Shown piece after piece: positions 29,339-39,234 of a DNA stretch of 64,000 nucleotides. Both the position numbers and the translations under genes were made by a program. The stretch comes from a virus. The DNA is taken from positions 1 through 64,000 of IMG/VR virus record IMGVR_UViG_3300025137_000028. One strand, written 5' to 3'. The notes below the pieces were generated by a model that was not told the origin of the DNA, did not search any database, and saw only the letters and a list, made by a program, of their open reading frames with translations. How positions within the stretch are numbered: position 1 is the first letter of the stretch; the number at the start of each line of letters is the position of its first letter.

Positions 29339-31279
29339 ATGGCATTTCAAGTATCACCAGGTGTTCTCGTACAGGAAAGAGATTTAACTAGAATCATTCC
29401 TGCCGTATCAACATCAATAGGGGCAGCAGCGGGTCAATTCGCTAAAGGTCCAGTTGATGATGTTGTGGCAATTTCTAGTGAGCAAGAATTGGTAGACACA
29501 TTTGGAAAACCCGACTCAACTACGTTTGAGTGGTTTTTTTCAGCTGCTAACTTCTTAGCATACTCTAACTCTTTGAGAGTAGTACGAGCTAACAATACTG
29601 GTTTAGTAAACGCAAATACAGGTGGTTCATCTACATTAATTAAAAATATAGACGACTACCGGGACAACTACGCTGATGGTTCTTTAAACACAGGAACTTT
29701 CACAGCAAGAACAGCCGGCGCATGGGGAAACAATTTATTAGTTTCTACATGTCCAAGTGCTTTAGCATTTGAACAAAAAACTGGCGACACAGGTCTTGCT
29801 TCACTAGTAGATGACGCTTCGGCTGCTATCGGAGACACAGTAATTAGTGTTGACGATGGTACTGAGTTTAGTGTAGGAGACATTATAGAGTTTTCTGCTA
29901 CAGCTTCAACAGGCGACTTTACAGTAAACGAAAAATATAGAATAACAGGAATTTCAACAAACGCTTTAACGATAGTACAGCATCCTAGAGGATCTGGTGG
30001 ATTGTTAACGGCAGTTGTTGATAACGCACACGTCAAAAGAAGATGGAGATATTTTGAATCAGTAGACGGCGCACCAGGAACATCACCTTGGACATCTGAT
30101 AGATCAGGTGCTAATGATGAAATACACATTGTCGTAGTAGACGAAGACGGTGGTATATCTGGCGAGCCAGGAAGAGTAATAGAAACTTATTCAAAAGTAT
30201 CTAAAGCTGCTGACGCTAAAACTCCACAAGGTGACACAAACTATTACCCAACAGTAATACAAAATAAATCAAGTAACATTTTCTGGACAGATCATAATTC
30301 ATCAGGATCAAATTGGGGTTCAAACGCAACAGGAGTAACTTTTACTGCTGTAAATGCTCCAACTAATGAATCTTTATCTGCTGGAAGTGATGGTTCTACT
30401 GCTACAGTAGGCGAAATCAAAACTGCTTTTGAAAAATACTCAGACGCAGAAACAGTTGATGTAAGTCTAATTATAGCTGGTAAAGGTAACTCAACTCACA
30501 TTGATAACCTAATTACTATCGCAGAAAACAGAAAAGACGCTGTGGTTTTTGCTTCACCTGAAAGAGCAGACGTTGTAGGAATAACTAACTCAAACACGCA
30601 AACTAATAATGTTATTGACTTCTTTAATAATGTAAGATCATCTTCTTATGTTGTTTTTGATAGTGGTTACAAATATGTGTATGACAGATACAATGACTTA
30701 TACAGATATGTACCATTAAACGGAGATATCGCTGGTTTGGCTGCTAGAACTGATCTAGTCGCAGACACATGGTTCTCACCTGCTGGATTTAACAGAGGTG
30801 TAATCAGAGGTGCCGTGAAACTTGCTTACAATCCTACACAAACACAAAGAGATCAATTGTATCCAAGTAGAATTAATCCAGTATCAACGTTCCCAGGACA
30901 AGGTACTGTTTTATTCGGAGACAAAACTGGTCTAACTTCACCAAGTGCTTTTGACAGAATAAACGTTAGAAGACTGTTTATTACTTTAGAAAAGGCAATA
31001 TCAACTGCTTCTAAATTTCAACTCTTTGAGTTCAATGATGAATTTACAAGAGCTAACTTTAGAAACATTGTAGAACCTTTCCTAAGAGAAGTACAAGGTA
31101 GAAGAGGTATCACAGACTTTTTAGTAGTATGTGATGAAACTAACAACACAGGCGAAGTAATTGATAGAAACGAATTTATTGCTGAGATTTTTGTAAAACC
31201 AGCAAGAAGTATCAATTTTATTACATTACAATTTATCGCAACTAGAACTGGCGTGGCTTTTGAAGAAGTCGCAGGTTAA
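29339..31279 (+). CDS. gp18: tail sheath protein gp18
   Basis: SPGVLVQERD, WFSPAGFNRG, FDRINVRRLF, KPARSINFI. Confidence 0.97.
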   Translation: MAFQVSPGVLVQERDLTRIIPAVSTSIGAAAGQFAKGPVDDVVAISSEQELVDTFGKPDSTTFEWFFSAANFLAYSNSLRVVRANNTGLVNANTGGSSTLIKNIDDYRDNYADGSLNTGTFTARTAGAWGNNLLVSTCPSALAFEQKTGDTGLASLVDDASAAIGDTVISVDDGTEFSVGDIIEFSATASTGDFTVNEKYRITGISTNALTIVQHPRGSGGLLTAVVDNAHVKRRWRYFESVDGAPGTSPWTSDRSGANDEIHIVVVDEDGGISGEPGRVIETYSKVSKAADAKTPQGDTNYYPTVIQNKSSNIFWTDHNSSGSNWGSNATGVTFTAVNAPTNESLSAGSDGSTATVGEIKTAFEKYSDAETVDVSLIIAGKGNSTHIDNLITIAENRKDAVVFASPERADVVGITNSNTQTNNVIDFFNNVRSSSYVVFDSGYKYVYDRYNDLYRYVPLNGDIAGLAARTDLVADTWFSPAGFNRGVIRGAVKLAYNPTQTQRDQLYPSRINPVSTFPGQGTVLFGDKTGLTSPSAFDRINVRRLFITLEKAISTASKFQLFEFNDEFTRANFRNIVEPFLREVQGRRGITDFLVVCDETNNTGEVIDRNEFIAEIFVKPARSINFITLQFIATRTGVAFEEVAG

Positions 31280-31299
31280 TAGTAGAGGAGAAATAAAAA

Positions 31300-31827
31300 A
31301 TGGCAAACATTTCAGACTTCAAAGCTAAACTTGCTGGCGGTGGCGCTAGAAATAATCAGTTTAAGGTTACAATGCCTTTCCCTGGTTACTCGCAAGTTGG
31401 TGGAGAAATAGAAGACTTGGCTTTCTTATGTACAGCAACAAGTATACCGGCAATGAACGTTGCTGAAGTACCTGTTAATTTCAGAGGAAGACCAATTTAT
31501 ATCGCAGGTGACAGATCATTTGACACTTGGCCGATTACTGTACTAAATGATACAGATTTCAAATTAAGAAACGCATTTGAAAGATGGCAAAATGGTATCA
31601 ACAATATGTCAGACAATGAAGGATTAACAAATCCTGCTGACTATCAAGTTGACGCTTTTATAGATCACTTAGACAGAAATGGTAATACTATTAAGTCTTA
31701 CACATTGAGAGGATTATTTCCGATATCAATATCAGAAATAGGACTATCATACGCTCCGACAACGGACGTTGAGACTTTTGGTGTAACGTTTAGATACCAA
31801 TTCTTTGAATCGAATACTACTACTTAA
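31300..31827 (+). CDS. gp19: tail tube protein gp19
   Basis: GGGARNNQF, FRGR..YIAGDRSF..W.ITV.ND. Confidence 0.95.
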   Translation: MANISDFKAKLAGGGARNNQFKVTMPFPGYSQVGGEIEDLAFLCTATSIPAMNVAEVPVNFRGRPIYIAGDRSFDTWPITVLNDTDFKLRNAFERWQNGINNMSDNEGLTNPADYQVDAFIDHLDRNGNTIKSYTLRGLFPISISEIGLSYAPTTDVETFGVTFRYQFFESNTTT

Positions 31828-31864
31828 TATCTTGTATAAGTATTAAGACAGGAGATAAAATATT

Positions 31865-33385
31865 ATGGCTGAACTATTTGGATTTAGTATCACACGTGCT
31901 AAGAAGCAAGAAGATCCTAAACAAAGCTTTACAGTAAAACAAGCGGATGACGGTACTCAAACCGTCGCCGCTGGTGGTTATTTTGGTCAGTACCTTGACA
32001 TGGAAGGTACTGCCAAAACAGAGGCAGATTTAATCCGTAGATACAGAGAGATTTCAATTCATCCTGAATGTGACATGGCAATAGAAGATATTGTTAATGA
32101 AGCAATCGTGGCTAATGAATTGAAAGACGCTGTTAGGATTAACATTGATCAATTGCCTTACGGTAAAGATATAAGAGTTAAAATTGAAGACGAGTTTAAA
32201 CAAGTATTAAGATTATTAAACTTTAATACAAAAGGGCATGACATCTTTAGAAGATGGTATGTTGACGGAAGAATGTTCTATCAAAAGATTATTGATAGAG
32301 ATAGTCCTAAAAAAGGGATTACAGAATTAAAATACATTGATCCTAGAAAGATCAAAAAAATAAGAGAAGTTAGAAAAAAAAGACCTGAGGGTGCTTTAAG
32401 TCCTAACAGTATGTCAGCTATTGATGAGTATGTAGAATACTATCTATTCAATGAAAGAGGCATACCAGGTACTACTTCAGGTATGGGTATTAAAATCGCA
32501 CCCGACACTATCGCATTTTGTCCTTCTGGTTTAATAGATCAGAATAAAAACATGGTGTTATCTTATTTACATAAGGCAATTAAACCTGTCAATCAATTAA
32601 GAATGATTGAAGACGCTGCTGTTATTTACAGAATCGCAAGAGCGCCTGAAAGACGTATCTTTAAAATTGATGTTGGTAATTTACCTAAAGTAAAAGCTGA
32701 ACAATATTTAAGAGACGTAATGGCAAGATATAGAAATAAACTTGTCTATGACGCTTCTACTGGTGAAATAAGAGACGATAGAAACTATATGTCAATGTTA
32801 GAAGACTTTTGGTTACCTAGTAGAGAAGGTGGCAGAGGTACTGATATAACAACTTTACCTGGTGGACAAAACTTAGGTGAGATTACAGACATAGAGTATT
32901 TTCAAAAGAAATTATATAGATCATTAAACGTACCGGCAAGTAGATTAGAAGGCTCACAAGGTTTTAATTTAGGTAGATCAACAGAGATTACTAGAGACGA
33001 ACTTAAATTTACAAAATTTGTACAGAGACTTAGAAAGAAATTTACAGAATTATTTAATGACATATTAAGAACCCAATTAGTATTAAAAGGCATTATTGCT
33101 GAAACTGATTGGTCAACAATAAGAGATAACTTACAATATGACTTCATACAAGATGGTCATTTTTCTGAATTAAAACAAACAGAAATGATGAGAGAACGAT
33201 TAGGTTTAGCCAATGAAATGAGAGATTATATAGGTAAGTTTTACTCAGTTAACTATGTTAGAAAACATGTGTTGAAACAAAACCAAAGAGAAATAGAAGA
33301 TATGGATAAAGATATTAGAAAAGAAATTAAAGATAAAATTATCCAAGATCCTATGGCACAAGTTACTAACAGTGAAGATTTATAA
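31865..33385 (+). CDS. gp20: portal protein gp20
   Basis: FRRWYVDG, IYRIARAPERRIF.IDVGNLP, EDFWLP.REGGRGT. Confidence 0.97.
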   Translation: MAELFGFSITRAKKQEDPKQSFTVKQADDGTQTVAAGGYFGQYLDMEGTAKTEADLIRRYREISIHPECDMAIEDIVNEAIVANELKDAVRINIDQLPYGKDIRVKIEDEFKQVLRLLNFNTKGHDIFRRWYVDGRMFYQKIIDRDSPKKGITELKYIDPRKIKKIREVRKKRPEGALSPNSMSAIDEYVEYYLFNERGIPGTTSGMGIKIAPDTIAFCPSGLIDQNKNMVLSYLHKAIKPVNQLRMIEDAAVIYRIARAPERRIFKIDVGNLPKVKAEQYLRDVMARYRNKLVYDASTGEIRDDRNYMSMLEDFWLPSREGGRGTDITTLPGGQNLGEITDIEYFQKKLYRSLNVPASRLEGSQGFNLGRSTEITRDELKFTKFVQRLRKKFTELFNDILRTQLVLKGIIAETDWSTIRDNLQYDFIQDGHFSELKQTEMMRERLGLANEMRDYIGKFYSVNYVRKHVLKQNQREIEDMDKDIRKEIKDKIIQDPMAQVTNSEDL

Positions 33386-33397
33386 TAGGAGAATAAA

Positions 33398-33721
33398 ATG
33401 ACAGAGAATACAACTAAAGACTTTATTGACAATTTAGCTCAAGGTAAAAATGATGACGCTGGTGAAGCGTTTAAAAATGCTTTAAGAGGTAAAGTTGGTG
33501 ATAGTTTAGATCAAATGAGAAAAGATTTAGCAGGAAATTTATTTAATGGCGATGGTACAGTAAATACAGATAACGCTGAGCCTTATAGTGATCCTAAACC
33601 AGAGATTGCTGATGTAGGAACATTCAATCAGGATGGAACTATAGCACTTAAAAAAGACGGACAAGCAGATATAGATTTGACTCAGCCGTCTCCAACAGGT
33701 GTTGACATAGAAAATGCCTAA
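33398..33721 (+). CDS. prohead core protein-like (gp67 position)
   Basis: Small acidic protein directly after the portal gene. Confidence 0.6.
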   Translation: MTENTTKDFIDNLAQGKNDDAGEAFKNALRGKVGDSLDQMRKDLAGNLFNGDGTVNTDNAEPYSDPKPEIADVGTFNQDGTIALKKDGQADIDLTQPSPTGVDIENA

Positions 33722-33953
33722 AGTCAGTAATCTTTTTGAACAAAAAAAGATAGTAAATTCAAAGGCTTACAATTCTTTAACGCCTAAAATGAAAGAGGCA
33801 GTTGAAGAAATGTTTAAAATGATTAACAACAAAGGCAACATTATTTTCAATGTAGAAAATGCTGTTGAAAGAGTTGCTGAAATAAAGAAAATTAATAAAG
33901 AAGAACTATATCAATATATTGAAAAAGAAACAAACGAACAATTAGGAGTGTAA
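33714..33953 (+). CDS. small head-cluster protein
   Basis: ORF overlapping the previous gene, between gp20 and gp21. Confidence 0.7.
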   Translation: MPKVSNLFEQKKIVNSKAYNSLTPKMKEAVEEMFKMINNKGNIIFNVENAVERVAEIKKINKEELYQYIEKETNEQLGV

Positions 33954-33954
33954 A

Positions 33955-34224
33955 ATGGCATATCAAGGATCTTTCAAATTAAAAGGCGCTACTACATCTG
34001 CTGGGTCAACAATTTCAGCAAGTAATTTCGGTAGAGCTCATTTTGTAAGAGTACAAGCACAGGCAGCCGCTAACACTGTAACAGTTGTTAACTCAGATGA
34101 CGAAGCTATAGGAACTTGTATATTAGTAACAGCAGGTGACTCAATAGTAATAGAAAAATCGCCTGGCGATAAAGTATCAACATCTGGTAATGCTGTAGGC
34201 AGTGCTGTTGCTAGAACTGGTTAA
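33955..34224 (+). CDS. small head-cluster virion protein
   Basis: Beta-rich 89 aa with AGGAG SD. Confidence 0.7.
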   Translation: MAYQGSFKLKGATTSAGSTISASNFGRAHFVRVQAQAAANTVTVVNSDDEAIGTCILVTAGDSIVIEKSPGDKVSTSGNAVGSAVARTG

Positions 34225-34229
34225 TAATT

Positions 34230-34595
34230 ATGGCAATAACTACGACACAAGTGGTTGATGATAGTTTTAAAACTATTACATTTGCTAAGGGCATAGGTAA
34301 TGAAAGTGAACAAACTTTTGTTGAAACACAAAATTTATTAAATGCTTCAAGTGAACCCAAAGTGTCTATTGCTAATTTAGAATTTGAAATAATAGGTACA
34401 GGTACTTGTACTATATTTTTTAAAAATGATACGACAAAAAAGGTTGAGATTAGTGGTAGAGGTAACTATGGTCTTAAACCTAAAGAAGAAAAAATAAAGA
34501 ACGTGATAGGTGATATTTTATTAACAAGTGACAGTAATGTGTCAACTTATAATATTATATTAGAAACACATAAAGAAGAGGGATTTAATGGCTGA
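34230..34595 (+). CDS. head-cluster protein, paralogue of 34588..34980
   Basis: Shared GDILL(T/S)...Y.I..E C-terminus. Confidence 0.7.
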   Translation: MAITTTQVVDDSFKTITFAKGIGNESEQTFVETQNLLNASSEPKVSIANLEFEIIGTGTCTIFFKNDTTKKVEISGRGNYGLKPKEEKIKNVIGDILLTSDSNVSTYNIILETHKEEGFNG

Positions 34596-34980
34596 TACAG
34601 TAACAAGTCAAACTATAGCAGATACATCTGGTCTAAAGTTTACAGTAAAACTTACTAACTTTTCAGATGGTACTGGTGAAACACAAGTTAAAAAAGTAGA
34701 CGCTTCAGAGCTTACTTTTATGACTGAGGATGGCAATAGAAAAATTAGTAAAATATGGTATTCAGTAAATACAGCAAATCCTAAATCAGCTGTTGAGTTA
34801 ATATGGGATGGTGCTACAGACGCAACTGCCGTATTTTTAAGTGGTCAAAGTCACTTTGATTTTAGACCATCAGGTAGTGAAATAACTAACAGTGCTACTA
34901 CACCTACTGGTGATGTATTATTAAGTACACATAACTTTGCTATTGGAGATAATTACACAATAGTTATAGAGTTTAGATAA
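34588..34980 (+). CDS. head-cluster virion protein
   Basis: MADTVTSQTI.D, SDGTGE..V.KVDAS, TGDVLLST. Confidence 0.75.
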   Translation: MADTVTSQTIADTSGLKFTVKLTNFSDGTGETQVKKVDASELTFMTEDGNRKISKIWYSVNTANPKSAVELIWDGATDATAVFLSGQSHFDFRPSGSEITNSATTPTGDVLLSTHNFAIGDNYTIVIEFR

Positions 34981-34987
34981 AAAAACT

Positions 34988-34995
34988 TATAAATA
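34988..34995 (+). promoter_or_regulatory. T4-type late promoter
   Basis: TATAAATA upstream of gp21. Confidence 0.8.
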
Positions 34996-35019
34996 GTAAC
35001 ATATAAGAAGAGAGAACTT

Positions 35020-35664
35020 ATGAAACTAATATCGGAAGAAATACAACAAGCCGAATATCTGATCGAAGAGAAAGACGGTACAAAAGAATATAAGATAAAA
35101 GGTATATTCTTACAGTCTAATATCAAAAACAGAAACGGTCGTATATATCCAAAAGAAATCTTAGACAAAGAAGTCAAAAGATATAACGCAGAATTTATCA
35201 ATAAACACAGAGCATTCGGTGAGTTAGGACATCCTGACGGACCAACTGTCAACTTGGAAAGAGTTAGTCACATGGTGAAAAAACTCTATCCAGACGGTGA
35301 TAATTTTATTGGTGAAGCTAAGATAATGAATACACCATACGGTAAGATTGTAAAAGGTCTTATTGACGAGGGTGCCCAATTAGGAGTATCTAGTCGTGGT
35401 ATGGGTTCGTTACAGCAAAAAAATGGCGCAAACTATGTAGGAAGAGATTTCTACTTAGCTACAGCAGCTGACATTGTAGCTGACCCCTCAGCTCCTGACG
35501 CTTTCGTTGAAGGCATTATGGAAAATAAAGAGTGGGTATGGGACAGTGGTGTTCTAGTTGAAAAAGACGTAGAAGCTTGGAAACTAGAGCTAATTAAAAC
35601 AAAAAAACGAGCATTAGAAGAGAAGAAATTAGAAATCTTTAAATCTATGCTTATAAAACTTTAA
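35020..35664 (+). CDS. gp21: prohead protease gp21
   Basis: NRNGRIYP, GELGHP, GVSSRGMGS, DIVADPSAPDA. Confidence 0.97.
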   Translation: MKLISEEIQQAEYLIEEKDGTKEYKIKGIFLQSNIKNRNGRIYPKEILDKEVKRYNAEFINKHRAFGELGHPDGPTVNLERVSHMVKKLYPDGDNFIGEAKIMNTPYGKIVKGLIDEGAQLGVSSRGMGSLQQKNGANYVGRDFYLATAADIVADPSAPDAFVEGIMENKEWVWDSGVLVEKDVEAWKLELIKTKKRALEEKKLEIFKSMLIKL

Positions 35665-35667
35665 TTT

Positions 35668-35675
35668 TATAAATA
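35668..35675 (+). promoter_or_regulatory. T4-type late promoter
   Basis: TATAAATA upstream of gp22. Confidence 0.8.
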
Positions 35676-35725
35676 TCTAGCAAAGTAAAAATAACTAGTT
35701 ATTTTAATTAAGAGGAGATTTCTCA

Positions 35726-36856
35726 ATGGCCGAAACAGAAAAACAAGTAGAGGCGTTAGAAAAGGAAATTAGCGAAGCGGGAAATCCGAACGCTGATGCT
35801 CCAAAAAAGAATGCTGTAGCGGCAGAACCAAGCCCATTGAAAAATGACGCTGAGGATCTAGGCGCACCAGTTGTTAAACCAACAGACAGCAATCCTAACG
35901 CAACTAAAAAAGTTAGTCAAGTTTCAGACGTTGTGTCAAAATCAAGTGCCGTTGGCTCAGAGCCATCACATTTGAAGACAGCAAAAGAAGGAACTGACGC
36001 AGAGAAATCAGAAAAAGACGACAAGGCAGAAGCAATGCACGACAAAGATGAGAAGAAAAAAGAAATGAAAGCAGGTTACAAAATGGAATCAGCTGACAAT
36101 TCTGAAGAATCTTATGATGTTAAAGCAGACGTTGACGCATTAGTCGGAGATTCTGATCTATCTGAAGAGTTTAAAGAAAAGGCTGCTACTATTTTTGAAG
36201 CTGCTATTAAATCTAAAGTGAAAGCTGAAACAGCTAAACTTGAAGAAGAATACGCTAAAAAATTAGAAGAAAGCCAAGAATCTTTCAAAGGTGAATTAAG
36301 CGAAAAAGTTGACTCATATCTAAACTACGTTGTAGAAGAGTGGATGAAAGAAAATGAAATCGCTATTGAAAGAGGAATCAAAGGTGAGATCGCTGAAGAC
36401 TTTATCGGTGGTCTTAAAAAACTATTTGAAGATCATTACATTGATGTTCCAGATGAAAAATATAACGTCTTGGAAGATCAAGCTTCTAAAATAGAAGTCT
36501 TAGAGAAGAAACTTAACGAAGAAATCGAAAAGAATGTTGACCTTCATAAGAGTAACAGTGAGTTAAAAAGACAAGACATCATAGATGAAATGTCAACTGA
36601 CCTTGCTGATACTGCTAAAGAAAAGTTTGACGGACTTATTGAATCAGTTGAGTATTCTACTGAGAACGACTTTAGAAAAAAAGTAGTGACAATCAAAGAG
36701 TCTTACTTTGGTGATAAACAAGAAGTTAAAAGTGATGATATAGATGATGTAGCGGCAGGCGGTGAACTAACTGAAAATGTTGATTTATCGAATGCTATGG
36801 CTGCTTATACCGCCGCTATTAAAAAAACAAAAGACATTAAATTGTCTAAAAAATAA
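35726..36856 (+). CDS. gp22: prohead core scaffold gp22
   Basis: LSEEFKEKAATIFEAA, VDSYLNYVVEEW, LFEDHYI. Confidence 0.95.
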   Translation: MAETEKQVEALEKEISEAGNPNADAPKKNAVAAEPSPLKNDAEDLGAPVVKPTDSNPNATKKVSQVSDVVSKSSAVGSEPSHLKTAKEGTDAEKSEKDDKAEAMHDKDEKKKEMKAGYKMESADNSEESYDVKADVDALVGDSDLSEEFKEKAATIFEAAIKSKVKAETAKLEEEYAKKLEESQESFKGELSEKVDSYLNYVVEEWMKENEIAIERGIKGEIAEDFIGGLKKLFEDHYIDVPDEKYNVLEDQASKIEVLEKKLNEEIEKNVDLHKSNSELKRQDIIDEMSTDLADTAKEKFDGLIESVEYSTENDFRKKVVTIKESYFGDKQEVKSDDIDDVAAGGELTENVDLSNAMAAYTAAIKKTKDIKLSKK

Positions 36857-36879
36857 TAAAATAGAGGGAGAAAACAAAA

Positions 36880-38232
36880 ATGTTTTTATCTGAACAAGTA
36901 GAAAAAAAATGGCAGCCAGTCCTAGAGCATCCTGATTTACCAAAAATCAATGATTCTTACAGACGTGCCGTTACAAGCGTAATCTTGGAAAACCAAGAGA
37001 AAAGTTTAAGAGAAGATAAGGCGTTCATCTCGGAAGCTGCCCCTGCTAACGCAACAGGCGCTAACGTTGACAATTGGGATCCAATCCTAATTTCATTAGT
37101 AAGAAGAGCAATGCCAAATCTTATCGCATATGACATATGTGGAGTACAACCAATGACTGGTCCAACTGGTTTAATATTTGCTATGAGAAGCAGATACACA
37201 AGCCAAACTGGAACAGAAGCGATGTTTGACGAAGCTGATACAGATTTCTCTAGTAGAAATGCTGCTGGTGACTCAACAACAAATACTGGTGTAACTGAAC
37301 AAAGAGGTACTAACCCAGCAATTCTTAACGACAGCCCAACAGCTGGACAAGAATATTCAACTGGTCAAGGTATGACAAGAGCTTACGGCGAAGCATTAGG
37401 TGATTCATCTAACAATGCTTTTGCTGAAATGGCTTTCTCAATTGAGAAATCAACTGTGACTGCTAGAAGTAGAGCTCTTAAAGCTGAGTACACAATGGAA
37501 TTAGCCCAAGACTTAAAAGCTATCCATGGTTTAGACGCTGAGACTGAATTGGCTAACATCCTATCTGCTGAGATCCTTGCTGAGATCAACAGAGAAGTTG
37601 TAAGAACAATTTACATCAATGCTGAAAAAGGTGCTTCTGCTAACACTGGTACAATTAACACAACAACTGAAGGTATCTTTGATTTAGATACAGACTCTAA
37701 CGGAAGATGGTCTGTTGAAAGATTTAAAGGTCTTATGTTCCAAGTTGAGAGAGAAGCTAACGCTATCGCTCAAAGAACAAGAAGAGGAAAAGGAAATATC
37801 CTTATTACTTCTTCGGACGTTGCGTCTGCTTTACAAATGGCAGGTGTACTAGACTATGCTCCAGCATTAAACAACAACCTAAACGTTGACGACACAGGCA
37901 ATACTTTTGCTGGTGTATTAAACGGTAGATACAAAGTATACATTGACCCATATGCTGCTAACCAAACTGGTAAGCAATATTTTGTGGTTGGTTACAAAGG
38001 TACTTCACCGTATGACAGTGGTTTATTCTACTGCCCATATGTACCACTACAAATGGTTAGAGCCGTTGGACAAGACACATTCCAACCTAAAATCGGTTTC
38101 AAAACAAGATATGGTTTACAAGCCAATCCTTTTGCTGAAGCTGGTTCAGGTGATAATGCTGTTATCAATGGTTCTGGAAATGCTAACGCTAACAGATACT
38201 ACAGAAGAGTACAAGTTACAAACTTAATGTAA
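36880..38232 (+). CDS. gp23: major capsid protein gp23
   Basis: KWQPVL, GVQPMTGPTGLIFA, RALKAEYT.ELAQDLKAIHG, FQPKIGFKTRYG. Confidence 0.98.
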   Translation: MFLSEQVEKKWQPVLEHPDLPKINDSYRRAVTSVILENQEKSLREDKAFISEAAPANATGANVDNWDPILISLVRRAMPNLIAYDICGVQPMTGPTGLIFAMRSRYTSQTGTEAMFDEADTDFSSRNAAGDSTTNTGVTEQRGTNPAILNDSPTAGQEYSTGQGMTRAYGEALGDSSNNAFAEMAFSIEKSTVTARSRALKAEYTMELAQDLKAIHGLDAETELANILSAEILAEINREVVRTIYINAEKGASANTGTINTTTEGIFDLDTDSNGRWSVERFKGLMFQVEREANAIAQRTRRGKGNILITSSDVASALQMAGVLDYAPALNNNLNVDDTGNTFAGVLNGRYKVYIDPYAANQTGKQYFVVGYKGTSPYDSGLFYCPYVPLQMVRAVGQDTFQPKIGFKTRYGLQANPFAEAGSGDNAVINGSGNANANRYYRRVQVTNLM

Positions 38233-38251
38233 TATTTGTTTACAATCTTAT

Positions 38252-38282
38252 AAAAAGGGGGCTTTATGCCCCCTTTTTTTTT
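38252..38282 (+). terminator. rho-independent terminator after gp23
   Basis: GGGGGC-TTTAT-GCCCCC followed by T9. Confidence 0.92.
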
Positions 38283-38307
38283 GGTCGCATAAATAAATTA
38301 AACACAT

Positions 38308-38553
38308 ATGATAGGAAGAATAATGAACTACAAATTTACAGCAATTATAATTGTATTATTTGTATTATTTACACTGTTAGTTTCTGATAAAAAAGAAACT
38401 AATTATTTCTGGTTTGTGCCTGGTGTTGATTTAGAGAAAAAGATATTAGAGAAAAAACAAGAACAAGAAAACTTGACTGAAACTGAGAAGAAAATGGAAA
38501 AGGTAGCCACTGAGAAAGAGTGGGAAGAAGTAGATAAAAAAACAGATAAATAG
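38308..38553 (+). CDS. small membrane-anchored protein
   Basis: N-terminal TM helix and charged coiled tail. Confidence 0.7.
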   Translation: MIGRIMNYKFTAIIIVLFVLFTLLVSDKKETNYFWFVPGVDLEKKILEKKQEQENLTETEKKMEKVATEKEWEEVDKKTDK

Positions 38554-38557
38554 TAGT

Positions 38558-39181
38558 ATGACAACTATTAACAGTTATAATAGACAACCAACAAAACTTG
38601 ATTATGCGTCACCAACGCAGTTTAAGTTTAGTATAATTAAGTTACCTAAAGTAGAGTTTTTTGTGACAGACATTAATTTGCCTGGCATAGAATTAGCTTC
38701 ATTAACACAAAACACTACACTTAAACAAATACCTATACCTGGTAATGATCTACAATACGATCCACTAACACTATCATTTATGGTAGATGAAAACTTTGAA
38801 AACTACCAAGAAATACATGGTTGGTTAGTTGGATTAGGTTATCCTAGAGACAATTCAGAATTTAGAAATCTAGCTCAATCAGGTAATGATAGATTTCCTA
38901 ACTCTTCTCAAAGTGTAAGTACAGAGATAGGTAAAGTTAAATATAAGGCTGCTCAAGCAGGTGGTACTTATAGTGACGCTACTCTTACTACTTTAACAAG
39001 TAAAAATAATTCACAATTAGAAGTAAGATTTAGAGACATATATCCTACTAAATTGTCAGGATTAGCATTTACACAACAAGCAGGTGATATAAATTATCTT
39101 ACTGCTACTGTTGATTTTAATTATTTGGTTTATGACTTTGCTACTGTAGGTAACAGTAGAACAAGTGTGACTACAAGCTAA
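38558..39181 (+). CDS. gp3: tail tube terminator / completion protein gp3
   Basis: SPTQFKF, NLPGI, FMVDENFENY.EI..W, SDATL, P..LSGL.F. Confidence 0.9.
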   Translation: MTTINSYNRQPTKLDYASPTQFKFSIIKLPKVEFFVTDINLPGIELASLTQNTTLKQIPIPGNDLQYDPLTLSFMVDENFENYQEIHGWLVGLGYPRDNSEFRNLAQSGNDRFPNSSQSVSTEIGKVKYKAAQAGGTYSDATLTTLTSKNNSQLEVRFRDIYPTKLSGLAFTQQAGDINYLTATVDFNYLVYDFATVGNSRTSVTTS

Positions 39182-39187
39182 CCAAAC

Positions 39188-39216
39188 TTTACATTTTTAA
39201 AGTTTTGTGTTATAAT
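39188..39216 (+). promoter_or_regulatory. sigma70-type promoter
   Basis: TTTACA-17-TATAAT with extended TG. Confidence 0.8.
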
Positions 39217-39234
39217 GAAAGAAAATGAGGTTAT

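Noticed and set aside
38308-38553. Spanin or holin call
   Set aside because: A single TM helix plus a charged tail is compatible, but there is no adjacent lipoprotein or lysin to support it.
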